Source: Spirochaetia bacterium (GTDB taxonomy: Bacteria; Spirochaetota; Spirochaetia; DSM-2461). Taken from it: a stretch of DNA of 64,000 bases. The notes under the pieces are model-generated. The model was not told where the DNA came from. It worked only from the letters and a program-made list of their open reading frames with translations, and searched no databases. Shown here piece after piece: positions 1 through 8,532 of the stretch. Made by a program: the position numbers and the translations under genes. The stretch is from the NCBI GenBank assembly GCA_963666985.2, contig CAXXIA010000001.1, positions 416,001 through 480,000 of the forward strand. Direction: 5' to 3'. Within the stretch, counting starts at the first letter, position 1; each line of letters begins with the position of its first letter.

Positions 1-620
1 CATCCGTTTTGTTTAGGATTGCGGTTAAAGATGGTGTAGACGGATATCCGGGAAATCGACTTTTTCAGACACGATACTCCCTGGACGACATGGCCGTTTT
101 TGTGGAAATTCAGGGTGAGTCAGATCGGCTGACCATCGTTAATCCGACGAATCATGCGTATTGGAATCTTAATGATGAATCTGTTTCATCGGTTTTGAAC
201 CATCGATTCAGGATTTCATCATCCTTATATTATCCGACTAATGGAGAAATGTTGCCGCAGAAACCCCAGCCTGTCTATGGGACTTCCTTCGATTTTAATT
301 CACCAAGATCCCTGAAAAAAGCCCTGGAGATTGATTGTCCCTCGGATCAGTTGAAAATCGCCAAGGGTTTTAATCATGGCTGGCGGTCATCTTCGTTGTA
401 TTGCGAGGGTAATAGAGGCGGGCTGCGGGTAACATCCGATGCCGATGATATTTGGCTTTATTCAGGTGGTTTCTTGGACAGAACCATGATACTAGAGGAT
501 GGTTCCTGCGCAAAACCGTCCTGTGCGTTCGCCGTTGAGCCCCAGAATATCGGAAGGCCGACCCTGCTGCACCCAGGAGAAATTTTTATACGCAGTATCG
601 AGTTCAAGTTGCAGAATTAG
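1..620 (+). CDS. galM: Aldose 1-epimerase (mutarotase), 5'-truncated by window edge
   Basis: Motifs DGYPGN, NPTNHAYWNL, TSFDF, GFNH and FAVEPQ. The frame is open to the window start. Confidence 0.85.
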   Translation, partial: SVLFRIAVKDGVDGYPGNRLFQTRYSLDDMAVFVEIQGESDRLTIVNPTNHAYWNLNDESVSSVLNHRFRISSSLYYPTNGEMLPQKPQPVYGTSFDFNSPRSLKKALEIDCPSDQLKIAKGFNHGWRSSSLYCEGNRGGLRVTSDADDIWLYSGGFLDRTMILEDGSCAKPSCAFAVEPQNIGRPTLLHPGEIFIRSIEFKLQN

Positions 621-688
621 TCCCGGTCTTCTAAGCAGAACCGGATTGGTCGTTTTTCGGGTTACATCGAGATCTGTCTTGAAGTATC

Positions 689-713
689 AAAAACCCGACC
701 TAAATATCGGTTT
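689..713 (-). terminator. Probable intrinsic terminator closing the tRNA-Gly/repeat transcript
   Basis: The minus strand reads AAACCGAT-ATTTAG-GTCGGG followed by TTTTT, just past the last tRNA-end copy at 725. Confidence 0.5.
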
Positions 714-724
714 CCTTTTAAATT

Positions 725-2092
725 AGCGCCTGATGTTCTTTCTGAACTCAGCCGCTTCGTCTCGGTCATGTGCAAGCTGATGCTTGCCCGCGGCTCTCAA
801 CTTCAGCGCCTGATGCGATTTGGACGCTCAGGCACTTCGGCTCGACTATGCCCAAACGGTAGTTTGGTCGCAGTCCTCGCTCTCAGCGCCTAGATGGGAA
901 TCCCCTTCAGTCGGCCACGTCGTGTGGCCTCCTTCCGGGCCGCTGGTTCAGCTTGGCTCGGCTTCGTGCCTCACCTTGCTCTCTGTTCGGTCGCAAACAG
1001 CTTCACCCTTCGATTCCCATCAGGCTTACTCTGTAGATAAACGAAAACCCGCTTTAACGGGTTTTCTCTTGGGGTAGCGCCTGATGCGATTTGGACGCTC
1101 AGCCGCTTCGTTTCGGCCATGTGCAAGCTGATGCTTGCCCGCGGCTCTCAACTTCAGCGCCTGATGGGAATCCCCTTCAGTCGGCCACCTCGTGTGGCCT
1201 CCTTGCGGGCCGTCTCCGGCGGCTTCCGCCGACATCCTGTCGGCTCATCGCTCCTATTGTCGCGCACCGCCTCCGCTTCGATTCCCATCGGACTTACTCC
1301 GGAGAATAACGAAGCCCACCTTTCGGCGGGCTTCTAAGTGGTAGCGCCTGATGGGAATCCCCTTCAGTCGGCCACCTCGTGTGGCCTCCTTGCGGGCCGT
1401 CTCCGGCGGCTTCCGCCGACATCCTGTCGGCTCATCGCTCCTATTGTCGCGCACCGCCTCCGCTTCGATTCCCATCGGACTTACTCCGGAGAATAACGAA
1501 GCCCACCTTTCGGCGGGCTTCTAAGTGGTAGCGCCTGATGGGAATCCCCTTCAGTCGGCCACCTCGTGTGGCCTCCTTGCGGGCCGTCTCCGGCGGCTTC
1601 CGCCGACATCCTGTCGGCTCATCGCTCCTATTGTCGCGCACCGCCTCCGCTTCGATTCCCATCGGACTTACTCCGGAGAATAACGAAGCCCACCTTTCGG
1701 CGGGCTTCTAAGTGGTAGCGCCTGATGGGAATCCCCTTCAGTCGGCCACCTCGTGTGGCCTCCTTGCGGGCCGTCTCCGGCGGCTTCCGCCGACATCCTG
1801 TCGGCTCATCGCTCCTATTGTCGCGCACCGCCTCCGCTTCGATTCCCATCGGACTTACTCCGGAGAATAACGAAGCCCACCTTTCGGCGGGCTTCTAAGT
1901 GGTAGCGCCTGATGGGAATCCCCTTCAGTCGGCCACCTCGTGTGGCCTCCTTGCGGGCCGTCTCCGGCGGCTTCCGCCGACATCCTGTCGGCTCATCGCT
2001 CCTATTGTCGCGCGCCGCCTCCGCTTCGATTCCCATCGGACTTACTCCGGAGAATAACGAAAGCCTACCTTGCGGCAGGCTTTCTAATCAGT
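725..2092 (-). repeat. tRNA-Gly-linked tandem repeat array: 3 short (80 bp) and 6 long (187-191 bp) units, each ending in the tRNA 3' end
   Basis: agcgcctgatg (reverse complement of the tRNA 3' end) occurs at 725, 805, 885 (1-nt insertion), 1076, 1156, 1343, 1530, 1717 and 1904, then in the tRNA at 2093. Spacings are 80, 80, 191, 80, 187, 187, 187, 187 and 189. Confidence 0.97.
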
Positions 2093-2164
2093 AGCGCCTG
2101 ATGGGAATCGAACCCACGTCACGAGCTTGGGAAGCTCGGGTAATAGCCATTATACGACAGGCGC
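2093..2164 (-). tRNA. tRNA-Gly(CCC), CCA not encoded
   Basis: The minus strand reads GCGCCTG TCGTATAATGGCTATTAC CCGAGC TTCCCAA GCTCG TGAC GTGGG TTCGATT CCCAT CAGGCGC T. This gives an acceptor stem, a CCC anticodon, a T-loop and a U discriminator. Confidence 0.97.
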
Positions 2165-2178
2165 GAATTGTGAGGCCT

Positions 2179-2208
2179 ATCCTAGCGCCGGTTTTACGGA
2201 ATGGTCAA
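2179..2208 (-). promoter_or_regulatory. Putative sigma70 promoter of tRNA-Gly
   Basis: TTGACC-18 nt-TAGGAT on the minus strand, 14 nt upstream of the tRNA 5' end. Confidence 0.55.
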
Positions 2209-2340
2209 GGTCGGGGAGACTAAGAATCGGTACGGATCGGCATTGCGTGGAATCCGAGGAAGGCTGTGTCCCCTTCAATAAGAACAAAAAAGAGATTTCT
2301 CCGGTAAACTGAATACACCCAAACAGCAAGTTGTCCGTCA

Positions 2341-2910
2341 ATGGATGTGAACGTTATGGATACGGATCAAATGCCGGAATCAGCGGAAACTCAAAGGCGC
2401 GTAGAGAACGTCTATAGAAGTGAAAAACATCGCTTCATGGCACGTTTGCGCGCCGCGGGACGGACGCTGGAGGAAGCGGAAGATTTTATCCATGACATTT
2501 ATATCGAGACGATGGAGAAATGGTCTTTGCTGCCGGAGGTACACAGTCTTCCGGCATGGATCAATTCCCTGTTTTCTCGGCGCATGATTGATGCCTGGCG
2601 GCATGAGAAGGTTCGCAAAGCGGCGGGGGAAACCGATGTGGCCGAAGAGACTCTTCGGGAAATCATTTGCGGTGTGGGACTGAATCCCCTGGACGAGTAC
2701 GTTCAGGAGGCCATGGTTGATGCGCTGAACTCAGCACTGAAGGCTCTTCCCGCTTTACAGAGACAAGTAGTAGAGGCCCAGGTTTTCGGCGGAATGACCT
2801 TTCGGGAAATCGCCGAATCGACGGGTGAGAATATCGACACCTTGAAAGCCCGCAAGCGTTACGCGCTGAAGAATCTGACGCGGGCATTAAGGCATTGGAT
2901 TATCGATTGA
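2341..2910 (+). CDS. ECF-type RNA polymerase sigma factor
   Basis: Region 2 (EAEDFIHDIY...AWI...RRMIDAWR) and region 4 (ALKALPALQRQVV...GMTFREIAE..GENIDTLKARKRYA). Confidence 0.9.
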   Translation: MDVNVMDTDQMPESAETQRRVENVYRSEKHRFMARLRAAGRTLEEAEDFIHDIYIETMEKWSLLPEVHSLPAWINSLFSRRMIDAWRHEKVRKAAGETDVAEETLREIICGVGLNPLDEYVQEAMVDALNSALKALPALQRQVVEAQVFGGMTFREIAESTGENIDTLKARKRYALKNLTRALRHWIID

Positions 2911-2921
2911 GGAGGAATGAT

Positions 2922-3374
2922 ATGAATGAAGATGATGCGATGAGAAAGAGCGGAATTTCCGAAAACGAACGCGGATCGAGGGGATGTGACATCGACGAAT
3001 GGTGGACCGAACGCGGTACGGCGGTAAAGATTGTAATGGGAATCGGATTCGGCATTCTGGGAATTGGGCTGCTTTTCTTCTTCGGCTGGATCGTGATGAT
3101 CCTGTGGAACTGGCTGATGCCGGATCTTTTTGGACTTCCTTCGGTAACGTATTGGAAAGCGTGGGGATTGCTTCTGCTGTGCAGCATTTTATTCAAGGGG
3201 AAGCCTTTTGGATCGGATAACGGAGGCGGCCGCAGCGAGAGGAAGCGAAAGAAAACTCTCCGCCGCTATATCGCCGACGAGGTGGAAAAAGAGATTGAAA
3301 AGGAAATAGAGGGAGAGATCGACAAAGAGATTCGAAAGGAATGGGATAAAAGAAACAATCATGATGAAATTTAA
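2922..3374 (+). CDS. Small membrane protein coupled to the ECF sigma factor
   Basis: GGAGGA SD just after the sigma stop. It has TM segments with MILWNWLMPDLFGLP.VTYWKAWGLLLL and a charged C-terminus. Confidence 0.75.
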   Translation: MNEDDAMRKSGISENERGSRGCDIDEWWTERGTAVKIVMGIGFGILGIGLLFFFGWIVMILWNWLMPDLFGLPSVTYWKAWGLLLLCSILFKGKPFGSDNGGGRSERKRKKTLRRYIADEVEKEIEKEIEGEIDKEIRKEWDKRNNHDEI

Positions 3375-3562
3375 CCTTCGAAGCGTTCTCCGATAATTGG
3401 GGGAGCCGGAGGCTGAATGGAAACAAGAAGTTTTTTATTTTTTTCTGCCGCTTCAAGCGCTGTCCGTAAAGTTCTTTCTTTTCCTGTAGCAATCATAAAG
3501 GGCTTATATTCGCTGAATTTGTGAATAGTAATCCGTAACCGCCCCGGTATATTATTAACAGC

Positions 3563-4474
3563 ATGTTCATAAACAATCGCCCCGACGGTTCTCCGGTGAA
3601 AGTACCCGGTTTCACCAAATTGCTGCCTTATTTAATGTCGACCAGAACGGAATCCACCATTTTCATGGAACAGATCGTGGAGATGGATAACGCCCTTAAG
3701 TTCATGCGGCAATGGAACACACGGAAGGAAAAGGACGATTGGCCGATAACGCCGATGCAGCTTTTTTTATGCGCGCTTGTCCGAACCGTGGCGCAGCGTC
3801 CTCGAATGAATCGATTTATCTCCAATAGACGGCACTATCAAAGGAATAATATTTCGGTATCGTTCGTAACGAAGAAGACTCTTTCCGACGACGGTTTGGA
3901 AGTGAATGTTATAATGCCTTTCCATCCCCACGATACACTCAAGGATGTCAACAAGCGATTTAAGCGCTTCATCGGAACGGCGAAAAGCGATGAAGGAAAC
4001 CGTTGTGAGAGTGATGTCGATATCATTGATAAACTGCCTCATTGGGCCGTCCGGGTATTCATCCGGTTTTTTAATTGGGCCGATCAGCATAATTTCATTA
4101 CACGGGGAATGATCCGAATGCTCCCCTTTTACAGCACGATGTTCGTAACGAATGTCGGTTCCATCGGCCTGGATGCTCCATTGCATCATAATTATGAAAT
4201 GGGCAATACGGGGATTTTTGCCGCTCTCGGAATCATTCGAAAGGAAAAAGTCATTCTTGAAGACAACAGCATTACCGAGAAATCCCGGATGGCAATCAGT
4301 TACACGTTTGACGACCGGATTGTCGACGGCATCTATTCCGGACGGGCAATGGCCATGCTGAAAGATTATTTGGAAAATCCGGAAAAACTGATGGAAAGGC
4401 CGGATATCGATCCGGTTAAATTGGATGAATTGGCTCTTACGGAAAAGGGCTGGGACTTATGGGACAAAAATTAA
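3563..4474 (+). CDS. Stand-alone 2-oxoacid dehydrogenase acyltransferase (E2 catalytic-domain-like) protein
   Basis: Motifs FVTNVGSIG and YTFDDRIVDG. There is no lipoyl domain. Confidence 0.75.
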   Translation: MFINNRPDGSPVKVPGFTKLLPYLMSTRTESTIFMEQIVEMDNALKFMRQWNTRKEKDDWPITPMQLFLCALVRTVAQRPRMNRFISNRRHYQRNNISVSFVTKKTLSDDGLEVNVIMPFHPHDTLKDVNKRFKRFIGTAKSDEGNRCESDVDIIDKLPHWAVRVFIRFFNWADQHNFITRGMIRMLPFYSTMFVTNVGSIGLDAPLHHNYEMGNTGIFAALGIIRKEKVILEDNSITEKSRMAISYTFDDRIVDGIYSGRAMAMLKDYLENPEKLMERPDIDPVKLDELALTEKGWDLWDKN

Positions 4475-6186
4475 TTCCTTGGCGGCGGTTCCAGCCCGAT
4501 AACAGCCCGGAAGAACTGATTTTTGATGAACGGACTCTGTATCGGACCGTGGCGGATTCTGCGGCCGCTTATCCTGATGTCATCGCCTGGGATTATATGG
4601 GGAAAACATCCACCTATCGGGAGTTTCTCTCCGACATCGACCGTACGGCCGAAGCCTTCGCCGCTCAGGGAATCCGGGCCGGAGATGTTATGACGGTGTG
4701 TCTGCCCAACTGCCCGCAGGCCCTTTTTGTCTTTTACGGTCTGAATAAACTCAGAGCGGTCGCTTCCATGATTCATCCTCTCTCCGTTACGGAAGAAATC
4801 CGGACGTTTTTGGATATTTCCCAGTCCAAATGGTTTTTAACGCTGGATGCTTTCTGGCCGCGGGTCGCGCCGGCCTTGGACGATTCTTCGGTTAAGCAGG
4901 CGTTTCATTGCCGAATCCAGGAATATATGCCCATTCCCATCAAGGTCGGCTTTTGGCTGACAAAGGGAAGAAAAATCAAAAAAGTGCCTTCCGAAGAAGG
5001 GATAGGCTGGAAGGCCTTAATGCGGCGAGAGGGTGAGAAATCTCTTGAAAAAGTCGCTTCCTCAATTTCCAAACCGGATGCCCGGGATTTGGCGGTAATT
5101 CTCTACAGCGGAGGAACCACGGGAACACCCAAGGGGATTATGCTTTCGGATTGGAATTTTAATGCTCTTACACAAGGTCTCAACTGGCAAATCGGCGGAG
5201 GCGTTCAGCCCGGTGATAAGGTGCTTTCCATTCTGCCGCTTTTTCACGGATTCGGTCTGGGCGTTACGGCGAATCTTTTTCTCACCCAAGGCGGGACTTC
5301 TCTGCTGGTGCCTCAATTTTCGGCCGATGCGGTTGTTCAGATGCTGATTAAGAAAAAACCGCAATTCATCGCCGGAGTGCCCACCTTATTTGAAGCCATG
5401 AGTGCTCATCCCAAAATTAAAGAAGTTGATTTTTCCACTCTCAAAGGATGTTACGGCGGCGGCGACAAAGTTCCCGAAACCGTAAAGAAACGGTTTGATG
5501 AGGTTATACGCGGCGGCGGAGGAACGACGGAACTGCAGGAAGGCTACGGTCTTACCGAAACGGTTACGGCCTGTACTCTGCTTCCGAGCGGACGATACAG
5601 GAAAGACTCCATCGGAGTTCCTCTTCCGGGCATTCATGCCAAAATCGTCGAGCCGGGAACTCATGTGGAATTGCCCTTCGGAGAAGAAGGCGAACTCTGC
5701 ATTTCCGGTCCTACCAACATGATTGGTTATCTCAACCGGCCGGAAGAAACGGCCGCTGTTCTTCAAACCCATAAAGACGGCCGGGAATGGGTTTTTACCG
5801 GGGATTTATGCTCCATGGATGAAGACGGCTTCATCTATTTTCGAATGCGTCTGAAGAGGATGATCAAGGTATCGGGAATCGCCGTGTATCCGCCCCAAGT
5901 GGAAGAGGCTCTTCGGCGGCATCCGGCCGTTCGGGATGTCTGCGTGATTGGCGTTCCCGATCCGTACAAGATGAATGTCATCCGCGCGTATGTTGTGCCC
6001 GCCGATGATGTTGCCGGAAACGATGATTTGGCCGAAGACATTATTTCTTCGGTTAAAGATATTTTGAATCGGTGGAGTCTGCCGAAAGATATCGTTTTCC
6101 GCAGTGAGCTGCCTCTTACCCGTGTCGGGAAGATTGCCTATACCGAATTGGAAAAAGAAGCCGCCGAAGATAAAGCCGCCGGTTGA
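4459..6186 (+). CDS. Long-chain acyl-CoA synthetase / AMP-binding protein
   Basis: Motifs YSGGTTGTPKG, QEGYGLTE, TGD and PLTRVGKI. Confidence 0.92.
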   Translation: MGQKLIPWRRFQPDNSPEELIFDERTLYRTVADSAAAYPDVIAWDYMGKTSTYREFLSDIDRTAEAFAAQGIRAGDVMTVCLPNCPQALFVFYGLNKLRAVASMIHPLSVTEEIRTFLDISQSKWFLTLDAFWPRVAPALDDSSVKQAFHCRIQEYMPIPIKVGFWLTKGRKIKKVPSEEGIGWKALMRREGEKSLEKVASSISKPDARDLAVILYSGGTTGTPKGIMLSDWNFNALTQGLNWQIGGGVQPGDKVLSILPLFHGFGLGVTANLFLTQGGTSLLVPQFSADAVVQMLIKKKPQFIAGVPTLFEAMSAHPKIKEVDFSTLKGCYGGGDKVPETVKKRFDEVIRGGGGTTELQEGYGLTETVTACTLLPSGRYRKDSIGVPLPGIHAKIVEPGTHVELPFGEEGELCISGPTNMIGYLNRPEETAAVLQTHKDGREWVFTGDLCSMDEDGFIYFRMRLKRMIKVSGIAVYPPQVEEALRRHPAVRDVCVIGVPDPYKMNVIRAYVVPADDVAGNDDLAEDIISSVKDILNRWSLPKDIVFRSELPLTRVGKIAYTELEKEAAEDKAAG

Positions 6187-6217
6187 CACCCCTCGCTTAT
6201 TGAAAGTCCCCGGTGTT

Positions 6218-7117
6218 CTACTCCGGGTTTCTTAACGCCTCGATTGATGCATCCAGCAGTTCTTGGTAACGCGAAACCAGAAACCAGGGATTCAGGAGAT
6301 TTTTTTTGCCGTATCTCAGGCTCATCCCTCCGGAGGTTTCGACCACACGGGCTCCTGCGGCCCGGCAAACGGCATCGGCGGCCGCGGTGTCCCATTCCAT
6401 TGTCGGTGCCGCCCGGGGATACAGTTCCGCCGTGCCTTCGGCGATACGGCAGAGTTTCAGGGAACTGCCCGAAGAGACGATTTCTCCCGCTCCGAATTTT
6501 TCGGCGACGGAATTGATAACGGCGTCGGTTTCGGGAGTTCTGTGCGAGCGGCTTGCGACGATACGGGGCGGAGATGTCGGGAACGGTGAGATTTCAACGG
6601 GAAGCGGGAGAGGATCGGGATTGTTTGCATTTTCCGTTACGATGTTATCGTAACGGACCGCTCCCGAGCCGAAGATGCCTTCATAAAGGATATCAAGAAC
6701 CGGAGTGTAAACCCAGCCGGCCAAAGGAATGCCCGCGGCGCCCGGTTTGAGTCTGATGATTAAGGCGATATTCACGGTGAATTCACCGTTGCGTTTAACG
6801 AATTCCTTGGTCCCGTCCAGAGGGTCGATAAGCCACCAGGCTTCCCAGCCGACCCGTTCTTTAAAATCGGGGATGCCTCCTTCCTCGGAGAGGACGGGGA
6901 GGGCGCCCAAGGGACCCTCCAGGGCGGACAGTCCTTCGATAATGATGTTATGAGAGGCCAGGTCCGCTTCGGTCAGCGGTGAAGAATCCTCTTTTTCGGT
7001 TACGCTGAAATCACGGGCGTAGACTTCCATAATCCGCACGCCCGCTTCGATGCATAAGGCGCGAAGTTTCTCGGAAAGCCGGACGGCCTCGGCGGCGTAT
7101 TTGGTTTCAATCCTCAT
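6218..7117 (-). CDS. cysQ: 3'(2'),5'-bisphosphate nucleotidase CysQ
   Basis: Motifs SPLTEAD, LSEE, WLIDPLDGTKEF, GSSLK and TMEWDTAA. Confidence 0.93.
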   Translation of the reverse strand: MRIETKYAAEAVRLSEKLRALCIEAGVRIMEVYARDFSVTEKEDSSPLTEADLASHNIIIEGLSALEGPLGALPVLSEEGGIPDFKERVGWEAWWLIDPLDGTKEFVKRNGEFTVNIALIIRLKPGAAGIPLAGWVYTPVLDILYEGIFGSGAVRYDNIVTENANNPDPLPLPVEISPFPTSPPRIVASRSHRTPETDAVINSVAEKFGAGEIVSSGSSLKLCRIAEGTAELYPRAAPTMEWDTAAADAVCRAAGARVVETSGGMSLRYGKKNLLNPWFLVSRYQELLDASIEALRNPE

Positions 7118-7339
7118 ACCGCCAACATAAACCGGACGCGGCGGGTACGGAAAGACTCATTCGGTATGAACCGGCGCCGGCAGGTGTTCCCCGTCCTCTC
7201 GCCGAATCTCTTCGCGGATAAACGAAATCTTTTCATAAGCCGCCGCTCGGTGAGATTCGTATCGGGATACCGCACCGGCCGGCCGACTGTTTTTCCCTCC
7301 GGGCTTGACCGCCGGCGGCGCCTGAGGTGAAAATGCCGT

Positions 7340-7618
7340 ATGGAATGGAGAGCCAGTCACATCCTCGTAAAAGACCGCGCTTTGGCGCAGGATCTGCTGA
7401 GGCGGATTAAATCGGGCGGCGTGCGTTTCGAACAGCTTGCCCTTGAGCATTCAACGTGCCCGAGCCGCTCCAAAGGGGGCGACTTGGGGTGGTTCGGTCC
7501 GGGAAAGATGGTGGCTCAGTTCGAAGCCGCCTGCAAACGGCTGTCGCCGGGATCTGTTTCCGATGTAGTTCAGACACAGTTCGGTTACCACATTATCAAA
7601 TTGACCGGTCGAAAGTAG
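7340..7618 (+). CDS. ppiC: Parvulin-type peptidyl-prolyl isomerase
   Basis: Motifs ASHILV, HSTCPS..KGGDLGWF and TQFGYHII. Confidence 0.93.
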   Translation: MEWRASHILVKDRALAQDLLRRIKSGGVRFEQLALEHSTCPSRSKGGDLGWFGPGKMVAQFEAACKRLSPGSVSDVVQTQFGYHIIKLTGRK

Positions 7619-7620
7619 GC

Positions 7621-8523
7621 CTATAACTCGGCCCGCTTTCGAAAGAGAACTCTGAAGTTCACCTGCGAGATCATAACGCCGCCGATTATAAGGGCCATAC
7701 CGGCCGTACGGGAGCCCGTGAGCGGTTCATTGAGAAAAGCGGCCGATAAGCCCGCGGCGATGAAAGGCACCAGATAGATAAACTGACTGGCTTTCACGGC
7801 GCCGAGATTGCGAATCGCCGCGGCCCAGCTCCAGAAACATACGGCCGAGGCCAGAGTCCCGAGGAACAGAAAATGCCCGATGTTCGATGGAACGGCGAGA
7901 TCGGTCCATCGCGGGATGTTCCCGGTTGCCGCCGAAACCCCGGCGATGACAATCCAGCCGTAGGTGAGTGTTTTGCGGGTAAGCGTGAGCGAGGGGATGT
8001 TCGGATCGACTCCGCGAAGAAGAAGTGTGTACAGGGCAAAACACAGAGCCGCCCCAAGTGCGGCGAGATCGCCCTTCCAGGAAAGACCGGCCCGGCCGGA
8101 ACCGCTTAACAGAATAATCATGCCGGCCATGGAAACGAGAAAAGCGGCCGGGATTTTCGGAGAGAATTTTTCTTCTGCATAGAAAAGGGGGCCGGCCAGG
8201 CCGGTCCAGAGAGGAATCGTGGTAACGATGACGGCGACATTCGAGGCATAGGTGTGAGCGGCCGCCAGATTTTCCAGAAAGTAGTACAGGAAAATTCCGG
8301 AAAGGCCCGCCGCGGCAATACGGAGTTCCTCTTGCAGCCGAAACGGTCTTTTGCGGGGAGGCGCCAGGATCGTCATCAGCACCAGGCCGATGCTGAAACG
8401 GACCAGTGAAATTTCCAGGGGAGCGAATGTCTGCACAAGAATCTTGGTGGAAATGTAGGTACTGCTCCATACGACGATGGAGAAAAGAGCGGTGAGATAA
8501 CCGCGGGCAGGGGATTGTTTCAT
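7621..8523 (-). CDS. DMT/EamA family transporter
   Basis: About 10 TM segments with EamA patterns (GDLAAL, FIYLVPF, LNEPLT). Confidence 0.9.
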   Translation of the reverse strand: MKQSPARGYLTALFSIVVWSSTYISTKILVQTFAPLEISLVRFSIGLVLMTILAPPRKRPFRLQEELRIAAAGLSGIFLYYFLENLAAAHTYASNVAVIVTTIPLWTGLAGPLFYAEEKFSPKIPAAFLVSMAGMIILLSGSGRAGLSWKGDLAALGAALCFALYTLLLRGVDPNIPSLTLTRKTLTYGWIVIAGVSAATGNIPRWTDLAVPSNIGHFLFLGTLASAVCFWSWAAAIRNLGAVKASQFIYLVPFIAAGLSAAFLNEPLTGSRTAGMALIIGGVMISQVNFRVLFRKRAEL

Positions 8524-8532
8524 ATCCCTTTT

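Noticed and set aside
1..724. Genomic island integrated at tRNA-Gly
   Set aside because: The region looks lower in GC, but no integrase or distal att site is visible in the window.
1254..2036. Four repeated 73-aa Arg-rich ORFs with GGAG 8 nt upstream of the ATG
   Set aside because: They are a by-product of the repeat. Each ORF is longer than the unit, the ATG is buried in the closing stem, and the frame stops after five codons in the divergent 885 unit. Only Ribo-seq could revive this.
725..2092. CRISPR array interpretation
   Set aside because: The intervening sequences are identical or structurally homologous rather than unique spacers, the repeat is a tRNA end, and no cas genes are present.
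725..2092. Extra tRNA genes or a hammerhead ribozyme in the units
   Set aside because: Only the tRNA 3' end is present, with no D or anticodon arm. The CTGA/CGAA words do not form a complete CUGANGA/GAAA/NUH core.
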